Source: Octopus sinensis
Taxonomy: Eukaryota
Direction: 5' to 3'
Length of the DNA: 64,000 nt
Assembly: GCF_006345805.1 (NCBI RefSeq)
Contig: NC_043005.1
Span: forward strand, 3,534,001-3,598,000
The notes beneath the pieces were generated by a model. That model ran no database searches, was not told the DNA's origin, and worked only from the letters and a program-made list of their open reading frames with translations. The translations under genes and the position numbers were made by a program. This document shows, piece after piece, positions 40,041 to 51,383 of this stretch; positions within the stretch are counted from its first letter, which is position 1, and each line of letters begins with the position of its first letter.

Positions 40041-40394
40041 TGATGAAGGAAGCGGCAGGTGGATTTAGTACAAATCTTCATTCATCATGACAGTCGTTTT
40101 GACCCATCCTGCACCTGTCCCTCAGGGGTGGGGTATTGTGCATCTTGTTGCGCTTGCATCAATCAGTGCAGGCTGTGTCACTTCAGGTGCTCGGTGCACC
40201 CACATACAACGAGCAACAACAACATGCCAAAGAGAACTCAGCATATCCGTTGGGGTATGTTTTTTTTTCTTTACACCAAGCACCTGAAGAGACACAGCCT
40301 GCACTGATTGATGCAAAATATCCTACCCCTGAGGGACAGATGCATCGTGCTGATTCAAGGTTCATACTAAATCCACCTTCTGTTGCCTTCATCA
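40041..40394. mobile_element. Imperfect inverted repeat of a hammerhead-bearing Penelope-like unit
   Basis: Arms at about 40041-40197 and 40274-40394. CTGAAGA-GAC at 40284-40293 (+) and GTC-AAAAC-GACT-GTC at 40103-40089 (-). Confidence 0.7.
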
Positions 40395-42315
40395 CCATCG
40401 TTTAACGTCCACTTTCCATGCTAGCATGGGTTGGGCAATTTGACTGAGGGCTGGCAAACCAGATGGCTGCACCACCCTCCAGTCTTGATCTGGCAGAGTT
40501 TCTACAGCTTGATGCCCTTCCTCATGCCAACCACTCCAACAGTGTAGTGGATGCTTTTACGTGCCACCAGCACAAGGGCCAGTCAGGCAGCACTGGCAAT
40601 GGCCATGCTCAAATGGTGTTTTTTATGTGCCACCTGCACAGGAGCCAGTCCAGCGGCACTGGCAATGACCTCGCTCGAATGTTTCTTCACGTGCCGCCAG
40701 CACAGGTGCCAGTAAGGCGACACTGGTAACGATCACGCTCGAATGGTGCATTTTACATGCCGCCAGCTCAGAAGTCAGTCAGCTGCTCTGGCAACGATCA
40801 TGCTCGGATTGTGCTCTTAATGTATAAAGATAGATAGATGTACAGTGAGCTTCTTTCAGTTTCCATCTACCAAATCCACTCACAAGGCTTTGGTTAGTGC
40901 AGGGCTAGAGTAGAAGACACTTACCCAAGGTACCATGCAGTGGAACTGAACCTGGAATCATGTGCTTGGGAAGCAAAACTTCTTACCGCACAGCCATGCC
41001 TGCACTTAGGTACTGACCTTCAAGTGAGCTTCAGTTTTTTTTTTTCTCCCATCTTTAAGGGCCTACAAACACCATGAAGGCCGCTCCTTTTCCCTGGCTA
41101 ACTTATAGCACACATTTATAACAGGCTGTTCCAGTTGGCACAAGGCCATCAATTTCAGGAGAGGTGGGTAAATTGATTACATCAACCCCGACCCTTAAAG
41201 TTGATTTTGGTGGAATTTACACTCAGTAGGACAGATGAAATGTTGCAAAGCATTCTTCCTTGCATGCTGATGGTTCTGCCAGCTGGAAAAGCACTATTCG
41301 AGCATGATCATTGCCAGCCTCGTCTTACCAGCACATGTGCTGGTGGCACGTGAAAAGCAACATTTGAGCGTGGTCTGTGCAGGTGGCATGTAAAAAACAC
41401 TTTTTAAGCGTGGTCGTTGCCAGAACTGCCTGACTGGCCCTTGTGCTGGTTTCACGTAAAAGCACCCACTACACTCTCGGAGTGGTTGGCTTTAGGAAGG
41501 GCATCCAGCTGTAGAAACTTTGCAGATCAGATTGAGCCTGGTGCAGCCTCTGGCTCACCAGACCTCAGTCAAACCATCCAACCCATGCCAGCATGGAAAG
41601 CAGACGTTAAACGGCAGGGATGATGATGACAGGACTGTTTATATATATTGAACACTCATGCACCAATATACAACCCAACCAGTCACAGCCTCCAAATAAA
41701 TCACGTGAGACAGTCTGTTCTAAACGCCAATTTTGAGTCTACCGTTAGCTATAAAAACTTACCTCCTTCTAGTCTCAGAGTCTGTTACTTCCAGACCTTC
41801 TAAGGTCAAACCACTGACCACATTACAGCGACCTCCATCTTCAATGCCACCGTCTCTCACCGATGTCGTCTACACAGCACTGACGTCGCTGCACTGGTTT
41901 TAACATATCGCAATTCATGAGCTTCTCACCACGGTTAACAGCAAAAATACAACCCATGCAGATACATGTAGATATATGAATAAATGTCCATCAACCTCTT
42001 CCAATAAATCATTCAGCTTGTGTATATATATATGTATGTATGTATGTGTGTGTGTGTGTATGTGGCCGGCATTAAAGACATTTAAAGTTACCACCTTGTT
42101 CTATGTGTTCCTGTCAAATGATATTACAGCCTTCTGAGTGGAGTCACGTTAGATGGAATACAGCCTATCCTTCTAAAGATTTTTATACCAAAAGTTAAAA
42201 AAATAAGGTCTTACTAAAGAATAAATTTAGAGAAATATAAAACCCTGAAATTTAATCCTGTATAATAAAACCCCTGCTTGTTATTTTCGTATTTAATTTG
42301 CCTTTTCTTTGACAG

Positions 42316-42402
42316 ATAGGAATTATCTGTGGTAGTGGTTTACAAGAGTTGGATTTTTTAAAGGATAAGTATGAAAAAGATGTGACTACACCTTTTGGGA
42401 AG
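42316..42402 (+). CDS. MTAP: MTAP coding exon 2 (IGIICGSGLQELDFLKDKYEKDVTTPFGK)
   Basis: ttgacag acceptor, 87 nt open frame, AAG|gtaag donor. Contains the IGIIxGSG and TPFGK motifs of MTAP. Confidence 0.95.
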
Positions 42403-42906
42403 GTAAGTTATTCAAACTTTCATTTGTAACTTCATGGAGTTATTCGAATTTATATGAATAGCTTCCATTAGTTTTATTTTTAAGATGGTTTCCTCTGTTG
42501 TCTGGGGTTTTTTTTTTCTTTTATTAAGATGTATTCTACAAGAGTGTTCTAATTCATTTCGAAATTACTTCTATTTCATAATTTATGGTATTTAAAAGGG
42601 GGTTAATTACATTTATTATATCTGTTTCAATATTCATGGTATGCCATATATATATAATTGTAAATGAGTGTCACTGTCATACAAGTGGTGTCAATCATTT
42701 CCAGTATTCAGTGAGAACATGTCTGGCCCTAAATAAATATAACTTGGCTTGGAAACAAGTGAAGGGTTGGTGACAGGAGGGGCATCTGGCCTTGGATAGT
42801 CTCCCTCGATACATCCAGTCAACCCATGCAAACATGGAGAATCGCACATTAAAGCGATGATGATTATTTACATTTGACGGATATTTGTCCTCATCTTGTT
42901 TGTTGT

Positions 42907-42953
42907 TAACACAACGTTTCGGCTGATATACCCTCCAGGCTTCATCAGGTTTC
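42907..42953 (-). ncRNA. Minimal type-I hammerhead ribozyme motif, core boxes intact
   Basis: - strand reads GAAAC-CTGATGA-A-GCCTG-gagggtatat-CAGCC-GAAAC-GT-T-GTGTT. One mismatch each in stems I and II. Confidence 0.6.
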
Positions 42954-43204
42954 TTGAGGAAATTTCGAACCTGGGTTCTCATTCCTAAGGTATTTTTTGA
43001 TATTATTATTATTATTCAGGTCACTGCCTGGAATCGAACTCTTAACCATTATGCCATATGCCTGTGGGCATATGGCTTAATGGTTAAGAGCACGGGCTAC
43101 TAACCCTGAGATTGCAAGTTCAATTACAGGCAGTGGCCTGAATAATAATAATAATATCGAAAATTACCTTAGGAATGAGAACCCAGATTCGAAATTTCCC
43201 CCAA

Positions 43205-43250
43205 GACACCTGATGAAGGCTGGAGGGTATATCAGCCTAAACGTTATGTT
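43205..43250 (+). ncRNA. Hammerhead motif relic (G12 to T)
   Basis: GACAC-CTGATGA-A-GGCTG-gagggtatat-CAGCC-TAAAC-GT-T-ATGTT. Perfect stem II, catalytic G12 lost. Confidence 0.5.
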
Positions 43251-43802
43251 AACAACAAACAAGATGAGGACAAATATCCGTTGAATGTAAATAATGTAAA
43301 TAATTCCTTATCTCATATAGAACAGTATTAACGATGATGATGATTAAGATATTTATCCTTTACTAGTTTTAGCCATTAGACTGGACAAACTCAGGTACCA
43401 TTCTGAAGAGTTTAATCAAATTAACTCCAACACTTATTCTTTTTAAGTCTGATATTTATTTTAACAGTCACTTTTTGCCAAACCACTAAGTTACAAGGAT
43501 ACAAACAAACCACACTGGTTGTCAAGCTGACACAAACATACATGCACACACACCCACACACCCACACACATTTGCTATTTTACTTCCTGAGTTATACTGA
43601 ATGTGTATGAACAGATACATTCCTCATCAGTATTTGATATTCACTTTCCCTGGCTGGTAGTGGAGGTGCATGGCTCAGTGGTTAGGGTGTCGTGTTCTTG
43701 AGCAAGACACTTCATTTCACATTGTTCCAGACCACTCTCCTGGTAAAAATGAGTAATCCACTGATGGACTGGCAGCATCTTGTCCAGGGAGGTATATATA
43801 TA

Positions 43803-44015
43803 TGAGAGAGCGACCACTATGTGGTCTACTCTAGTGCTAAATTATTTACATCAATAATGAAACAATTGTTCAGGGTTAATCTATTTTTTCGTTATTTTTC
43901 ACTTGCCCCACGTTAAATGTTATGTTATTTCTCCTTGGAAACAATTTTTTAGTGGCTATACCATAGTGGATCTATTTTTAGCACTAGAGTAGACTACATA
44001 GTGGTCGCTCTCTCA
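43803..44015. mobile_element. MITE with about 40-bp TIRs and TA flanks (Tc1/mariner-type)
   Basis: TGAGAGAGCGACCACTATGTGGTCTACTCTAGTGCTAAA at the left end and its reverse complement (1 mismatch) at the right end. TA at 43801-43802 and 44016-44017. Confidence 0.85.
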
Positions 44016-44162
44016 TATTTATGTATAAATTTGTATTGTATCCCTGGTTTTTATGTGCTAAGCCACTTGGTGTTAAATTGATGGTATTATTAAATTAATA
44101 TGAAATTTGTCACCCTCATTTATGAATATATATACACACACACACATATATACATGTATAAA

Positions 44163-44497
44163 AGCGCATGGCTCACTGGTTAGGGCGTTAAGCTTAATAT
44201 CGTGAGGTTGTGAGCTCGAATCCCGGACCGGGCTGTGTGTTGTGTTCTTGAGCAAGACACTTTATTTCACGTCACTCCAGTTCACTCAGCTGTAGAAATG
44301 AGTTGCAACGTCACTGGTGCCAAGCTGTATTGGCCCCTTTTGCCTTTCCCTTGGATAACACCAGTGGCATGGAGAGGGGAGGTCGGTATGCATGGGCGAC
44401 TGCTGGTCTTCCATAAACAACCTTGCCTGGACTTGTGCCTGGGAGGGTAACTTTCTAGGTGCAATCCCATGGTCAGTCATGACCGAAGGGGGTCTCA
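44163..44497 (+). mobile_element. tRNA-derived SINE (TTGAGCAAGACAC head with a different 3' part)
   Basis: TGGCTCACTGG A box, GCTCGAATCC B box, GTTCTTGAGCAAGACACTTTATTTCAC domain shared with 43690-43730 and 61060-61115. Confidence 0.75.
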
Positions 44498-45638
44498 GCA
44501 TACATGTATGGATACCAGAGAAGTCAGGAAAGCAGCCACATGCTCTTTACGGAATAATGTGGACTGACCTTGTTAGGCTGGAACTGCTCAGGTGGGTTGT
44601 TGCTACCAGGATCTGTTCTTATCTGAAATTACTGCCTCCTACATTTTGTGCATGTCTGTTGTTTGAGTCACTTGGCTCTCCAGGTGTGAGCTACTTATGT
44701 TTTACTTATTCACGCACACACAAACTGCAACAAGCTTGATGCAAATAATATAACAGTTCAAAGCACACTTAATTTCAATGATAAAGGAAGCCGCCCGTCC
44801 TGTTACAATACAAAAGAAAGACCATCTTGAGAAGTGGTACTCGAAACAGGAACATCTGCTGTTGTTTGCTGAGAGGTGGCGGATATGCCGTACTGCTGCA
44901 GAACACCGAAACTAAAACCAACAACAAAAACTTCTTTCCAAACTGCTTATCAGAAATCATCATCATCATCATTTAACGTCTGCTTCCCATGCTGGCATTG
45001 GGTGGGCAGTTTGGCAAGGCACAGGCAAACCAGAGAGCCGCACCAGGCTCCAATTGTTTGTTTTGAGATGGTTTCTATGGCTGGGTGCCCTTCCTCATGG
45101 TTACATGAATCTTCAGATGTGTTTGTAAAAGGAATTGGGGTGTTCATGCTTTTGCAGAATAAACAAGCTTATCATCATCATTATCATCGTCTTTATGATC
45201 AGTGTTTAATGTTTGTCTTCCATGCTGGCATGGTTGGATTGTTTGACAGGATCCAACAAGCCAGAAGACTGCATTGAACTCCACTTGTCTGTGTTGGAGT
45301 GTGGTTTCTACAGCTGAATGCCCTAACCCTAATGCCAACCACTTAACACTGTGCTGGGTGCTTTTTAATGTCCATCTTCTATGCTGGCATCGGTTGATCA
45401 GACACGACAGTCCTCTTTCGGTTTCTGTCTGCCAAAATCCACTCACAGACTTTTGGTCTGCTCAAGTCTTTAGCAAAAGATATTTGGCCGGGGTTCCACA
45501 CAGTGGGACTGAACCTGAAACCACATGCTTAGAAAGCAAACTTCTTAACCACACAATCTTACCTGTACTTAAAAACATATTCAGTTCCACCCAGGTGTGC
45601 ATCCTGTCACAGTAGACTTACTCCTTGTATTTTTGCAG

Positions 45639-45697
45639 CCATCCCAAACACTGACGTGTGGAACTGTTGAAGATGTCCAGTGTGTTATTTTGTCCAG
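45639..45697 (+). CDS. MTAP: MTAP coding exon 3 (PSQTLTCGTVEDVQCVILS-R)
   Basis: ttttgcag acceptor, 59 nt, AG|gtaag donor (phase 2). Aligns to [20 protein letters not shown] of human MTAP. Confidence 0.93.
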
Positions 45698-48600
45698 GTA
45701 AGCCTTTATTTGTTGACCATCTGCTCTGCTTTGCACAACTGGGTCCTTTGACCAATTTTATTCCTCCTCAAGAGACACCCCCAACCCCACCACTACTACC
45801 TCTCTAACTGCAGCTCTTCCTTGTTACCACTTACGACCTAGAACCTTTCATCCATCCTTCAGCCATTAATACTCTTCTCTCTACCCACACTCTATATTGA
45901 TCACCTCAACTCATCCACCAAATTATCTCTCCTTTGCCACCCTCTCTCTCTTTCCCTCCCCTTCCTGCCTCTCCCCACCACTTCCTGCAACCTACCCAAT
46001 CACATGTTGTCTCTCCCCTTCATCCTTCTCCTGTCTAGTCTATGGACATAACCATTCTGTTGCTCTCTCTTTGCCCTTTTCTTTTTCCTGCACTGTCAGT
46101 CATCTCCTACTCTCCACCAACTCATGCATCATTGGTTACCCCACTCCCCACCCCTTATCCACCCGTCAACCCTACCCACTCTCTACAGTTTTCACTCACC
46201 CCCCTCCATCCACCCACACTTTTCCTTCTTTTGTCCCCACCCACTTCTACCCCCCTTCTTCCTTGTGGGTCCACCCAGATGCCCTCATCTCTATTATTTC
46301 TATCCCTTCCCCACTCCACCTGATCGGCCCCCATCCTCTCTTCTAAAATGTAACTCCTCCACTTTTTGCTTTTACTTGTTTTAGCTGTTAGACTATAGCC
46401 ATGCTGGAGCACCACCTTGAAGGGTTTTAGTCAAACAAATCGACCCTAGAACTTATTTTTAAATCTGATCTCTTTTGCCGAACCACTCATTTACCGGGAT
46501 GTGAACAAACCAATGCTGGTTGTCAAGGGGTGGGTGGGTGTGACTAACACACACGCATAGATGGTGGGCTTCCACACAGCTTCCATCAACCAAATTAACT
46601 CACAAGGCTTTGACTCACCCAGGACTATGGTAGAAGTCACTTTTCCCAAGGTGTGCTGCAAAGTGGGACTGAACCCAAAACTACATGGTTGCAAAGTTGT
46701 CTTCTTCAGCACCCATCCATTCCTGCAAAACTAATAAGAATTCATGAGGAAGGAGATCTGGTTGTAAAACGGTGATGGCTCAAATGATAACTGAGGCACA
46801 GGTGTGGCTGTTTGCGTGCCAACCACAAGGCATTGGTCACCCCAAGAGTATGAACCCAGAACCGTGTGGTTGGGAAGCAAACTGCTTACCACACAACGAT
46901 CATTGCACCTCGTATATGTGTAATAGTTGACCCTCTAACATTTAAACTGGCCGATGCCAGTGCCACCTGATTGGCACTTGTGCCAGTGGCATGTAATAAG
47001 CACCATTCAAGTGTGGGTCAATGCCAGTGCTGCCTGACTGGCTCCCCATGCCGGTGACATGTAAAAAGCACCCACTACATTCTAGGAGTGGTTGGCGTTA
47101 GGAAGGGCATCCAACTGTAGAAACCAGATTAGATTGGAGCCTGGTGCAGCTACCTGGCTTGCCAGTCCCCCACTTGAACCGTCCAACCCATGCCCGCATG
47201 GAAAACGGACATTAAACAATGATGAAATTATTGTATATAGTGCCCAGGTGCACCACAACTCATCAAAAAATTATGTACAAAAGTCAGGAAAGTGACCAGT
47301 GTAGGAGTCATGATATACATGTGTGCATGTGTATGGATGGGAGTGGGGCTATCTGGTACAGAGTTGGTGAATTTCAGGAAGCATGTTCAAACTTACCCCT
47401 ACCCTACACTGTCATTCTAAATTTATGCAATCACACCATTGAAATCTCAAAGCTACAAGACAATGCCTGATTAATTCAAAACGGTGTGACTGAATAAGTG
47501 TTACAATTGACAAGATAATCCGAATGTTAAAAGGGTTTAATTTCATATTCTGCACTTTATTGGTGTTTTACTATCTGTGATCCCTCAGTCTCTGTGGGAA
47601 AATTGTCTTACAGGAATTGTCTTGATCTGGGGTTGCTTGCTGCCCATAGAGGTTCCAATAAATGCTGTTGCTTAACCCCAGGCCAGATATATGATCAAAG
47701 GCATTCCAGCCATGACCATTTTGACTTGAATATTTAGGAGTGCATTATTGAAAGTTTTCTTTTAAGACAGTAGGATTTGATTTGCAGGAGATTTGGCTGC
47801 TATTTCTGGCTGATTGAGCGACCAGCTTCTTTGGTTCAAAGTTCTTGCTTAGCCCCAGGTCAGTCTTTATTGACCAAGCTTATAATCAAAGACAATCCAA
47901 CTGTGACTAACCCTCTTTTTTGCTATATGCTAGGAATCCAAGTCCACATTGTCTAACATATTCTTTTCTAAGATGATAGTGTATTATGAGAGAGAGAGAT
48001 TTGGGTGGCTGCTATTTCTAGGATGTCGGGTGACCATGTAGGGCAGTAGCTATGCCCCTCGGGGCTCCATATAAGATTTTCTTATTAAAATTTGTCTGCA
48101 ATAATTTACTTATACTTCTGCAATGCACAACATATTTTGACAATTTTTTATTATAATTTCCTAATAATATTTGATTATGAAAACAAAATGGGATTTTTAA
48201 ACATCAAATGTCTGTGAGGGTCCATCATGGTAAAATAGAAATGAACAGGGTCGAAAGGGGGGTAAAAAAAGGGTTGAGAATCACAGAGTCCCACATCATG
48301 AGGTGTGGGATGGCAGTGATTGTGATAAAATGTCCATTGAAAGTCCGTAGCCCCTACTTCCTGAGATGACATATATTATGGCTTCAACCAGAACATTTTG
48401 GAACTGCTGCTGCTTGAGATGGCCAGTGAAGCCTCTAAACTGGGTCGAGATAATTTGGTGGAATGGCAGTGAAGCTGTCATTATTGTCTGCCAGCCGATG
48501 CTAGCAGCCAATCCCATTAAAACTGGCACGTGACACATGTAGAAGACTTACTTTGAGTCATTTACTAACCTTGTGACTAAATTCTGTTTTCCTTCCTCAT

Positions 48601-49710
48601 CATTTTACATCCGTTTTCCGCACGTCGACAGAGATTGGATGCTCCCCCTTCTCCCTCGTATCTCATCGCAGTTTGCATCTTTTGATGCAAACTGCAACAA
48701 AGAAACTCAGCCGCTTTTTTTTGGTTTTTTTTTGTGAAAGCCTTACAGCATGTGATGTGCTGTGTCCAGTTTCTCATGCCACCAGTGCTAGAAGGGATTG
48801 TCCACTGCTGCAGGAGCAGACTGAAGAATCTCTTCCTCTCTCTCTTCTCCCAATTCTTATTCAAAGTCACACTGTGCCCCTAACTGAGCAATCTGGGATG
48901 TGACTTGCAGAGTCTGTGTCTCTCTCACTTCTGTTCCATTGATGTTAAAGAAAGTGAAGGACTTTTTTGTATAAGTTTAAAAGCTGAGTCAGCAGAAAAG
49001 AGTTCCATCATCATCATCATCATCAGCGTTTAACGTCCGCTTTCCATGCTGGCATGGGTTGGACGATTTGACTGAGGACTGGCGAACCAGATGGCTGAAC
49101 CAGTCTCCAATCTGATCTGGCAGAGTTTCTATAGCTGGTTGCCCTTCCTAATGCCAACCACTCCAAGAGTGTAGTGGGTGCTTTTACGTGCCACTGGCAC
49201 GAGGGCCAGTTTGGTGGTACTGGCAACGGCCACGCCCAAATGGTGCTTTTTATGTGCCACCTGCACAGGAGCCAGTCCAGCAGTACTGGCAACGACCATG
49301 CTCGAATATTTTTTCACGTGCCGCCAGCACAAGTGCCAGTAAGGCGACATCACCAAACAGCTTAAATGCACAAGTCTCCAATATCCAAATGGCTAAACAA
49401 TGTCAGCTGAAGGGCATCCAGGAGTCATGGACCTCAATGCAGCAATGACCCCCGTTAGAGTGTAAGAAGTTAAGGGCTGCAACACTTGTCTGAAGTGAGT
49501 GGGGTTTCTCCTCTGAAGCCCTTCTGCTATTCAGCTCTCTTGTATGTTTCTCCCCATTCCATTCATGTCAAAGAGAGTGGAGGTTTTTAGCTATTGAATG
49601 CGGGTTGGAAACATGGTGATAATCTGCTTCACCTTGACATAAAATGTGTTTTACATTATGCAGTGAGTAGAAGAAGTAAGGAGAAGGTGGGGATTGTGAA
49701 GACATCTTAA

Positions 49711-49930
49711 CCGTTTAGCATTCTAATTACTTCATTAAATATAATACTTATATATTCACATTTTATAAAATTATTTCTGTATTATCTCGTAGCTTTGAGA
49801 TTTCAAAGTTGTGATTGTCTGTTTTAAGAATGACATTGCAGGGTAGGTATGACAGTCTGGATCTGGCCAGTTTGGACATAAAACAGGTAGAATATTTGTG
49901 CCAGGTAGGGCCTGTTTAAATGCTAAAGGG
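49711..49930 (-). mobile_element. piggyBac-type MITE, second family
   Basis: TTAA-CCGTTTAGCATT ... AATGCTAAAGGG-TTAA. Homologous copy at about 30760-30975(+), partial copies near 30630 and 47390-47535. Confidence 0.8.
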
Positions 49931-51215
49931 TTAAGGCATATAGTGGGGAGACTGTTTCCATAGGGAACTTCTTAAAAAATTTCAAGGAAGCTATCACGTC
50001 CACTGATGAGGCAAGCAGATGCCTATACCAGCCTGTATCATGCAAAACAAAAATGATTTTCTAACACAAATCATTCTAGAATTACAACTCACTTCTAAAC
50101 ATCATCAGCATTCTGGTTTTTTTGGCCATTTTTTCCCACATTAACATAAGTTAGACAAAACTTGTTGAAGCAGATTTTGTATGGCCAAATGCTCTCCCTG
50201 TTGCCGTGTTTCCACACCAGAGGTCGTCACTAAACGAATTTTTAAATGAAAAAATAGACACACCAGTTTTTTAAATTAGAGAATGTCCAGTTATCTCTTG
50301 TAGACATCAGAACCATACCACATAGATCTCTCAAGCATTTAGGAAGAATATTGAAAAGCTGCTGAAATTACAAGATTTCTGTTTAGTGAGGAATGTCAAC
50401 AACAGCACTGTTTTTTTGTTTTTTTTCATTTTTACTTAGTCATTGTTAAGAAGGACCTGTGGAAAAGTCGTTTAGAAGGGAAAGGTCTTGAGGCTGAGTG
50501 CTACAAATATTTCTGTCTGCACTACAAGAATCAGGTTGGCTCAAGTCTTTTGTAAAAGTTGAAATGTTGGATCAAACCAGGGCTTCACAATTCCAAAGTG
50601 AATTTCTTTACAATTTAGCTAAGGCTGCACTTTTACACTCATACAAGTAAACAGATAATTTGTTTAAACCTCTAAAACCTCTGTTGTCAGAAATTTGCTT
50701 CTCAACTACAAGGTTCCGGGTTCAGTCCCACTGCATGACACCTTGGGCAAATGTCTTTTACTATAGCCTTGGGCCAACCAAAACCTTGTGGGTGAACTTG
50801 GTAGGCAGAAACTAAAAGGAGCCTGTCTTGTGTGTGTGTGAGTGTGTAGAAGACGGACATTAAATGATGATGGTGATTGTGTGTGTGTGTAGAAGACAGA
50901 TTTTAAATGGTGATGTGTGTGTGTGTAGAAGATGGACATTAAATGATTATGATGATGATGTGTGTTTATGTCTTTGTGTTGGTGGTTGTTTCCTCACCTC
51001 TGCTTGACAGCTGGTGTTGGTGTGTTTACATCCCCATAACTCAGCAGTTCAGTTGAAGAGAATAAATACTAGGGTTGATTCATTCAACTGAAAATTCTCC
51101 CAGGCAATGCTCCAGCATGGCCACAGTCTAATGTCTGAAACAAAAAAAGGTAAAAGATACCATCTGTGACCGTGTTTTAATTTATTTTTCTCTTTTTCTC
51201 TTTTTGTCCGGTTAG

Positions 51216-51383
51216 GCATGGGGCCAAGCATACCATCATGCCAACCTTGGTCAACTACCGAGCTAACATCCATGCCTTGAAAGAAGAGGGTTGCACACAC
51301 ATCTTGGCCACGACAGCCTGTGGGTCATTACAAGAATCTATTTCCCCTGGGGACATCGTTGTTCTTGACCAGTTCATCGACAG
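51216..51383 (+). CDS. MTAP: MTAP coding exon 4 ([57 protein letters not shown])
   Basis: gttag acceptor after a pyrimidine tract, 168 nt, gttag donor. Contains the RHG, VNYRAN, TACGSL and DQFIDR motifs. Confidence 0.97.

Larger units (their letters stand above)
42863..43300. mobile_element. Head-to-head inverted dimer of the tRNA-hammerhead element
   Basis: Left arm (-) 42863 to about 43062 and right arm (+) about 43065-43300, both homologous to 27345-27587. Centred on GCCATATGCC-TGT-GGGCATATGGC. Confidence 0.88.

Noticed and set aside
45897-46346. 149-aa Pro/Ser/Leu-rich ORF and similar ORFs at 54282-54726
   Set aside because: Low-complexity C/T-rich intronic tracts with no motif and no splice context.
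50003-50040. CTGATGA-GGCA-agcaga-TGCC hammerhead-like half
   Set aside because: Followed by TATAC rather than GAAAC, and no stem I can be formed.
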